The notes beneath the pieces are model-generated. The model searched no databases. It was not told where the DNA came from and saw only the letters and a program-made list of their open reading frames with translations. From NCBI GenBank assembly GCA_001774495.1, contig MFAE01000014.1, positions 10,573 through 74,572 of the forward strand: 64,000 bases of DNA, written 5' to 3'. The stretch comes from Candidatus Campbellbacteria bacterium RIFOXYC2_FULL_35_25 (lineage in GTDB: Bacteria > Patescibacteriota > Minisyncoccia > Phycocordibacterales > UBA12079). Within the stretch, counting starts at the first letter, position 1. Each line of letters begins with the position of its first letter. Shown one piece after another: positions 57,984 to 64,000 of the stretch. The translations under genes and the position numbers were made by a program.

Positions 57984-58679
57984 GTGAGAATTCAAAAAGT
58001 TCCATGGCAATGGCCCCAAAGGAGGAAAGGACAAATCAACATCAGTATTTTGGATGACCCACAGAAGCAACTCTCTCTCTACGAAGGTTTTTTTGACCAA
58101 GTGGTAGAGCAGGCAGACGATGTCGTCAGTAGGAGTTTCGGCTCATGCCTGAAGGGGTGCGATAGCACAAGAGAACATTTGTTAAATGTCGACTTGATCG
58201 CTATTGCGTATTCAGACAAAATTTTAGGTTTTGTCTCAGCTAAGATTTTTAAACCTCACAATCTGCTTTATATCCACGGTGTGGTAGTTGACCCTAGTGT
58301 CAAAGGAAAAGGAGTTTGTCGATTTTTGATTGATTCCTTGATTAAGAAAGAAGGTGTTGACTGGTTGTCTTTTACAACACAAAACCCAGTAATGTTTAAG
58401 GTATTAAATTCTTTTTGTGGCGAAGAAGTTTATCCTTCTCCAAACTCTTCTGCCCCATCTTCACTGGAAGGCTTAGCAAAAAACATAATCCAAGGTAGGG
58501 AAGGAACCTTCGATGCTCAAACTTTTGTTGTCAGCAACTTATATCAAGAATGCCTGTACGACAGCATTCCTTCTGTCACGGACCAAGATTTACACCAATG
58601 GTTTAACGATTCTCTTTGTATTGATGAGCTTAGAAAAAGTAATCATGGATTTTTATTTTTTGGAAAAATTTACCATTGA
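57984..58679 (+). CDS. GNAT-family acetyltransferase
   Basis: LYIHGVVVDPSVKGKGV, TQNP; AAGGAGG before GTG 57984. Confidence 0.75.
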   Translation: MRIQKVPWQWPQRRKGQINISILDDPQKQLSLYEGFFDQVVEQADDVVSRSFGSCLKGCDSTREHLLNVDLIAIAYSDKILGFVSAKIFKPHNLLYIHGVVVDPSVKGKGVCRFLIDSLIKKEGVDWLSFTTQNPVMFKVLNSFCGEEVYPSPNSSAPSSLEGLAKNIIQGREGTFDAQTFVVSNLYQECLYDSIPSVTDQDLHQWFNDSLCIDELRKSNHGFLFFGKIYH

Positions 58680-58800
58680 AATTTCGGAACCCGCACTCTG
58701 CTGTTTTAAAGAGGCGGGTTTTTTAGTATCGCAAGAAATCTTTACAATTAAAGAAACAAACTCTTGCTTGTTACCATTAAGTAGATATAATTAATTTATT

Positions 58801-60219
58801 ATGCAGAGAATTTATATTAAAGATTTAAAAGAACATATAGGGAAAGAAGTTACTATTAAAGGTTGGGTTGATACGGTTAGACACCAAGGGAAGATGGCAT
58901 TTTTTGATTTTCGAGACACAACCGGAAAAATTCAAGGAGTAGTTTTTGGCAAGCCAGAAGTGTTAGAAAAAACAAAAGAAATGAGAGACGAATTTGTTGT
59001 TGAGGTATCAGGAATTGTTAATGAACGACCTGAAAAATCAAGAACAGAAGCTCAAAATGGCAGTATTGAATTGGAGGTTACTAATATAGAAGTTTTAAAT
59101 AAAGCCGAGACCCCTGTTTTTGATACAAAGGAAGATACTCGAAAAATAAGTGAGGAGGTTCGTTTAAAGAACCGTTATTTAGATTTGCGTTCCGAAAGAA
59201 TGCAAAAAAATCTTATTAATAGACATAAAGTAATTAAATTTATTCGCGACTTTTTAGATAAAGAAAATTTTATTGAAGTTGAAACTCCGATGCTTACGAA
59301 ATCAACTCCCGAAGGGGCAAGAGATTATCTTGTGCCTTCCCGATTGTATCCCGGAAGATTTTTTGCTCTTCCACAATCACCACAACAATACAAACAACTG
59401 TTGATGGCATCTGGTGTTGAAAAATATTTTCAAATTGCCCGATGTATGCGAGATGAAGACATGAGAGGGGACAGACAGCCAGAATTTACTCAATTAGATA
59501 TGGAAATGGCTTTTGTTAAAGAAGAAGATGTCTTGCAACTAAACGAAAAACTTTTAATCGAGATTGTTGAAAAATTGTATCCAGAAAAAAGAATTCAGCA
59601 AGTTCCTTTTCCTAGGATCACTTATAAAGAGTCGATGGAAAAACATGGAAATGATAGGCCGGATATAAGGGAAGATAAAGAAGATAAAAATTTATTAGCT
59701 TTTTGTTGGGTAGTAGATTTTCCATTTTTTGAAAAAACAGCAAATTCTGATGACCCCCAAGCAAAAGGGGAATGGACTTTTACCCACAATCCTTTTTCTC
59801 TCGCAAAAACAGAGGATATTGAAAAGTTAAAGAATGGGGAAGAGATTGGTTCTATTACAGCGGCTCAATATGATATTGCTTTGAATGGTTCTGAAATCGG
59901 GGGTGGAAGTATTAGAGCCCATGACCCAGAGATTTTAAAATCTATCTTGGGTATCTTGGGGCATTCTGAAGAAAAGATTGAAGAAAATTTTGGTCATATG
60001 CTGAAAGCTTTGGGTTCCGGGACACCACCACATGGGGGGATCGCTTGGGGCTTGGACAGGCTCTTAACTATTCTACAAGGGGAAGAAAGTATTAGAGAGG
60101 TAATCGCTTTTCCAAAGACTCGAGAAGCTCGGGATCTATTAATGGAAGCACCTGCAGAAGTTTCATCAGAACAACTTAACGAATTAGGGATTACGATAAA
60201 AAAAGATTCTAAAAAATAA
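58801..60219 (+). CDS. aspS: Aspartate--tRNA ligase (compact form)
   Basis: RYLDLR, STPEGARDYLVP, LPQSPQQYKQ, DRQPEFTQLD, PPHGGIAWGLDRL. Confidence 0.96.
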   Translation: MQRIYIKDLKEHIGKEVTIKGWVDTVRHQGKMAFFDFRDTTGKIQGVVFGKPEVLEKTKEMRDEFVVEVSGIVNERPEKSRTEAQNGSIELEVTNIEVLNKAETPVFDTKEDTRKISEEVRLKNRYLDLRSERMQKNLINRHKVIKFIRDFLDKENFIEVETPMLTKSTPEGARDYLVPSRLYPGRFFALPQSPQQYKQLLMASGVEKYFQIARCMRDEDMRGDRQPEFTQLDMEMAFVKEEDVLQLNEKLLIEIVEKLYPEKRIQQVPFPRITYKESMEKHGNDRPDIREDKEDKNLLAFCWVVDFPFFEKTANSDDPQAKGEWTFTHNPFSLAKTEDIEKLKNGEEIGSITAAQYDIALNGSEIGGGSIRAHDPEILKSILGILGHSEEKIEENFGHMLKALGSGTPPHGGIAWGLDRLLTILQGEESIREVIAFPKTREARDLLMEAPAEVSSEQLNELGITIKKDSKK

Positions 60220-60364
60220 TAATTGAAAAAAAACAAACTATACTAAAATTTATGCGGTCGCATAAATTTTAGTATAGTTTCTTTTTTATGTTTCTTTTCT
60301 ATAAAAAAACTCCCCAGTCGACGTGAGTTGACTGAAGAGTTTGTACAGGGGAGGGGGAAAGCTT

Positions 60365-60700
60365 TTAGTATCTCCCGTGAGGTTTGGGGACAAGTCTCCC
60401 TCCTCGGTATGGCCGGTCTTGATGCCTTACATTGCAAGGCCGGTGGTTGTAGTAAACCATGCGTGGCTGGTAGTAAACTACCGGCGGTGCATAGTAGACA
60501 GGGGGCACAGGTCGTTCATAGTAGTCACCGTTGCTGACTACCATCGGGGCTATCATCGGCCGACCGGTGATGATGGTCGTCAATGCATTGATTCCGAAAA
60601 CCCCGAGGATGACGGCTCCTGCATCGGATGCCTGACTCTTGGGAGCACTGGCTCCCAAAATTGCCATAACCATTACTGCAATTACCAGAATCCGTTTCAT
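60365..60700 (-). CDS. Secreted Pro/Tyr/Val-rich hypothetical protein
   Basis: Signal peptide, PVPPVYYAPPVVYYQP, GGAGG SD. Confidence 0.65.
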   Translation of the reverse strand: MKRILVIAVMVMAILGASAPKSQASDAGAVILGVFGINALTTIITGRPMIAPMVVSNGDYYERPVPPVYYAPPVVYYQPRMVYYNHRPCNVRHQDRPYRGGRLVPKPHGRY

Positions 60701-60860
60701 AGCTTCCTCCTTATTGTGGGTGCTTGACCCACTTTTTTTGTTTTGATGAACTCCTAACTCCTATATAAATATTATACCATTTTATGATATTTGTCAAGAC
60801 TTATAGATTGGTTAATTTTAAAAATATTACACCTTAAGAAAGTAACTGTTTTTATCTTGT

Positions 60861-60912
60861 CTATCAACTAAAAACTACAAACTATAAACTACAAACCACA
60901 AACCACAAACCC
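60861..60912. repeat. Degenerate heptamer tract (ctaaaaa/ctacaaa/ctataaa/ccacaaa)
   Basis: Similar tracts at ~5941-5970, 9465-9490, 23445, 30150, 33830, 36464, 55253 and 61600. Confidence 0.7.
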
Positions 60913-61020
60913 TATTTTGGCTTTGATAAAACAACGCTTTGTTGTTAACTGTAAGCTGTCAGCTGTGAGCTTTTTTAATAACTATTGCTTAATATTCCGT
61001 CTTTTGTTAGTATATTGACT

Positions 61021-61536
61021 ATGTTGAAAATACGATTACAAAGAGTTGGGAGAAAGCACGATCCTTCATTCAGGGTTGTTTTAACTGATTCAAAAAATGG
61101 ACCTAAAAGTGGAAAGTTTTTAGAGGTACTTGGAAATTATGATCCTAAGAAAGATGTCAGAAAAGTGAATGGTGAAAGAGTAAAAGAATTAATGTCTCAG
61201 GGAGCTCAAATATCTGATACCCTTCATAATATTTTGGTAAGTGAAAAAGTAATTATTGGAAAGAAAATAAACGTTCTTCCTAAAAAATCTCCAGTGGTGA
61301 ATGAAAAAGCAGTAGCAGAAGCTAAAGCCAAAGAAGAAGCTGAAGCAAAAGCTAAGGCTGAAGCAAAGATAAGAGAAGAAGGAGAAGCTAAGGAAAAAGC
61401 TGAAGAAGAAAACAAAGAAACTGAAGAACAAAAGAACATAGAAACAAAGACGGAAGAAAAGATTGAAGAAACTCCAGTAGTAGAAGTTGAAGAAATCGCA
61501 AAAACAGAAGAAGCTCCTGTTGAAGAAGTTAAATAA
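61021..61536 (+). CDS. rpsP: 30S ribosomal protein S16 with acidic C-terminal extension
   Basis: MLKIRLQRVGRKHDPSFRVV...GNYDP...GAQISDT. Confidence 0.95.
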   Translation: MLKIRLQRVGRKHDPSFRVVLTDSKNGPKSGKFLEVLGNYDPKKDVRKVNGERVKELMSQGAQISDTLHNILVSEKVIIGKKINVLPKKSPVVNEKAVAEAKAKEEAEAKAKAEAKIREEGEAKEKAEEENKETEEQKNIETKTEEKIEETPVVEVEEIAKTEEAPVEEVK

Positions 61537-61544
61537 TAAAATCA

Positions 61545-61590
61545 AAATTAAAAATCCACAGTAGCCTTGCTACTGTGGATTTTTAATTTC
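61545..61590. terminator. Intrinsic terminator of the same family as the HK-array hairpin
   Basis: aaaatccacagtagc-ctt-gctactgtggatttt. Confidence 0.85.
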
Positions 61591-61998
61591 TTTTTTAAGC
61601 TGTAGGCTGTCAGCTGTAAACTGTAAACTTTTTTTACCACTTACTACTTACTACTTATTACTGAATAACCCAGTTTAACCTTAACCCTTGTTAAGCTGGG
61701 TTATCCACAATTGACAAAACGGCCTGTTGACAAACTATTTTGTTTAGTATAAACTTTCCCTTAATCGTATATAGGAATTTGTTTTTGGCAACAAATTCTT
61801 TTTTCTGTTATATATTAGTTGCTGTTGAATTCTGAATAGATTATTTTTTAATAGTTAAGATGTCATCGAAATGGTCATAAAAAAGATGATATTAAATTTT
61901 TTGTTTGAATACAACAATAAAAAATAATTAAAAATTAAGGAAGACCTACTTTTTTGTGTGGTTTTTTTGTTTTTTAATTTTAATTTATTTAAATCAAT

Positions 61999-64000
61999 AT
62001 GAGTAATATGAATAACACACCTATAGAAAAGAAGTATTTTGGTAAATTCAAAGAACCTTTGGCAGATTTGCCTAACTTAATTGAAGCACAAACAACTTCC
62101 AATAAATGGTTTCTTGAGGAGGGTATAAAAGAAGTTTTAAAAGAATTTGGTCCTATTAGGGATTATTCTGAAAAGAAATTCGAATTAGAGTTTAAAGGCT
62201 TTAGTCTTGCAAAACCTGAGCACGATGAGTTTTATGCAAAAGAAAATAAACTAACTTATGACGCTTCTTTAAAAGTAAAAGTAAAACTAAAGAACATAAC
62301 ATTAAACTCAGAGAAGGAACAGGATATTTTCTTTCTTGATTTGCCTTTGATGACTGACCACGGAACATTTATCATAAATGGAGTTGAAAGAGTTGTTGTC
62401 CCACAGTTAACCCGTTCTTTCGGTGTTTTCTTTACATCCCAAGAAATTAAAGGGAAAAAATATTTTGGTTCAAAAATAATTCCTCAAAGAGGTGCTTGGA
62501 TAGAGTTTGAATCAGACTCAGATGGAGTGATTTATGTAAGAATAGATAGAAAGAGAAAATTCCCAGTAACTTCGTTATTGCGAATCATAACTAATTCAGA
62601 TGATTTGAAATCAGTAATCAGTGATAAAAATATTAAAGCTATTTTAGAACCTTCTTTTGCAAAAGACCCAGCTAAGACATTGAATGAGTCTTATGTTGAA
62701 GTTTACAGAAGATTGAGAGACGGCGGAATGGTAGCTCCTAGTCATGCTAGAGAGTTTGTTGATTCTGTTTTTAGTTCTGAAAAGTATGACTTGTCTGAGG
62801 TAGGAAGATACAATTTCAATAATAGATTTAAAAGATCTTTAGAAAAGAAGGATCTTGCCCTACGATTGATAACCGAAGAAGATATTAAAATTATTATTGA
62901 GAGGATTGTTAAGTTAAACAGTACTCCTAATTCTGTTGAGGATGATATCGACCACTTGGGAATGAGAAGAGTTAGATATTATGGAGAAATGATTCAACAA
63001 AAGTTTCGAGTTGGAATGTTGCAAATGAAAAGAAATATTCAGGACAGAATGTCTATCATTGATGCTGAATCTGTTTTGCCTGTTCAATTTATAAGTGCGA
63101 GACCTCTTCAAGCAAGAATTAAAGAATTCTTTACGACTAACCAGTTGTCTCAGTTCATGCCACAAGATAACATTTTGTATGAGCTAGAAAGTTTGAGAAC
63201 CGTTTCCGCTCTTGGCCCCGGTGGTCTTGTTAGAGAAAGAGCCAGCTTCGAAGTTCGAGACGTTCACACTTCTCACTATGGAAGATTGTGTCCAATCCAG
63301 ACTCCAGAAGGACCAAACATCGGTCTTATTCTAAGATTGGCTAGTTATGCTAGAGTAAATCCTTACGGGATGATTGAAACTCCTTTTGCAAAAGTAAAAA
63401 ATGGTAAAATAACAAATGAAATCGTTTTCCTAAATGCTTTGGAAGAAGAAGAAAAAAATATTGCTCACTCTGCGATTGGCTATGATAAAAATGGTGTGAT
63501 TTTGGATAAATTCGTTGAAGTAAGAAACACCGGGAAACCAGCTTTGGTTGATAAAAATGATGTTGATTACATCGACGTCGCAACTAACCAAGCCTTTTCT
63601 ATCGGAACCACAATGATTCCTTTCGTGAACCACGATGATGCCAACAGAGCTTTGATGGGTTCAAACATGCAGAAACAAGCAGTTCCTTGTCTTATCCCAG
63701 AGGCTCCTTTGGTAGCTACCGGTATAGAAGAAAAGGCTGCAAAAGATGTAGGAAGACTTGTCTTCGCTAAAGAAGGAGGAGTTGTTTCATATGTTGACGC
63801 TAAAAAAATAAAAGTAAAAAATTCTTCAGGTAAAGAAGACGAATATAACCTTGTTAACTTTTCTAGAACTAACAATTTTTCAGCCTTCCACCAAAGACCT
63901 TCTGTTGATTTAGATCAAAAAGTAAAGAAAGGGGATGTGTTAGCTGATGTTACATCTAGTGATAAAGGACAGATCGCCGTTGGGCAAAATATGTTGGTAG
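61999..64000 (+). CDS. rpoB: RNA polymerase beta subunit, 3' end outside window (not in ORF track)
   Basis: LPNLIEAQ, GTFIINGVERVVV, DDIDHLGMRRVR, SALGPGG, VRDVHTSHYGRLCPIQTPEGPNIG, DDANRALMGSNM. Confidence 0.97.
   Translation, partial: MSNMNNTPIEKKYFGKFKEPLADLPNLIEAQTTSNKWFLEEGIKEVLKEFGPIRDYSEKKFELEFKGFSLAKPEHDEFYAKENKLTYDASLKVKVKLKNITLNSEKEQDIFFLDLPLMTDHGTFIINGVERVVVPQLTRSFGVFFTSQEIKGKKYFGSKIIPQRGAWIEFESDSDGVIYVRIDRKRKFPVTSLLRIITNSDDLKSVISDKNIKAILEPSFAKDPAKTLNESYVEVYRRLRDGGMVAPSHAREFVDSVFSSEKYDLSEVGRYNFNNRFKRSLEKKDLALRLITEEDIKIIIERIVKLNSTPNSVEDDIDHLGMRRVRYYGEMIQQKFRVGMLQMKRNIQDRMSIIDAESVLPVQFISARPLQARIKEFFTTNQLSQFMPQDNILYELESLRTVSALGPGGLVRERASFEVRDVHTSHYGRLCPIQTPEGPNIGLILRLASYARVNPYGMIETPFAKVKNGKITNEIVFLNALEEEEKNIAHSAIGYDKNGVILDKFVEVRNTGKPALVDKNDVDYIDVATNQAFSIGTTMIPFVNHDDANRALMGSNMQKQAVPCLIPEAPLVATGIEEKAAKDVGRLVFAKEGGVVSYVDAKKIKVKNSSGKEDEYNLVNFSRTNNFSAFHQRPSVDLDQKVKKGDVLADVTSSDKGQIAVGQNMLV

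Noticed and set aside
61701-61709. oriC suggested by DnaA boxes TTATCCACA (also at 23220)
   Set aside because: Isolated single boxes, no cluster, and no dnaA/dnaN nearby
62914-63875. Minus-strand ORFs near the window end
   Set aside because: Antisense shadows of rpoB

Overview
AT-rich bacterial chromosome segment whose gene style points to a Patescibacteria (CPR, Parcubacteria-like) genome. That assignment is inference from the short IF-2, compact AspS, class II RNR, pilin, DUF2914 and DUF4446 genes. Housekeeping genes flank the window: nrdJ, rplU, tRNA-Cys/Leu/Lys/Trp, rpmG, rbfA, infB, murI and iscS on the left; aspS, rpsP and the start of rpoB on the right. Between tRNA-Ala (13.5 kb) and aspS (58.8 kb) is a ~45 kb mostly accessory region in three parts. 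(1) A restriction-modification/defence island. (2) A tandem array of four cassettes, each bounded by a displaced copy of the 3' end of a histidine kinase gene; the copies differ almost only at synonymous sites. (3) A second array in which one reusable promoter/5'UTR/RBS module drives unrelated short peptides. Together the arrays encode at least seven tiny SD-led peptides, most absent from or mis-started in the ORF track. They include graspetide-like, YxD cyclophane-like and Cys/Asp thioether-like precursors, alongside 2 radical SAM/SPASM enzymes, 2 ATP-grasp ligases, 6 predicted peptidases, 4 paralogous mini alpha/beta-hydrolases and an RND/MMPL exporter. This looks like a modular RiPP toolbox. 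Other signals: a Trp-Trp attenuator before an M14-type peptidase, ~190-220 bp structured elements tailored to four tRNAs, an orphan DUF397 and a PEP-CTERM protein. All family calls are by-eye motif recognition, with no database searches.
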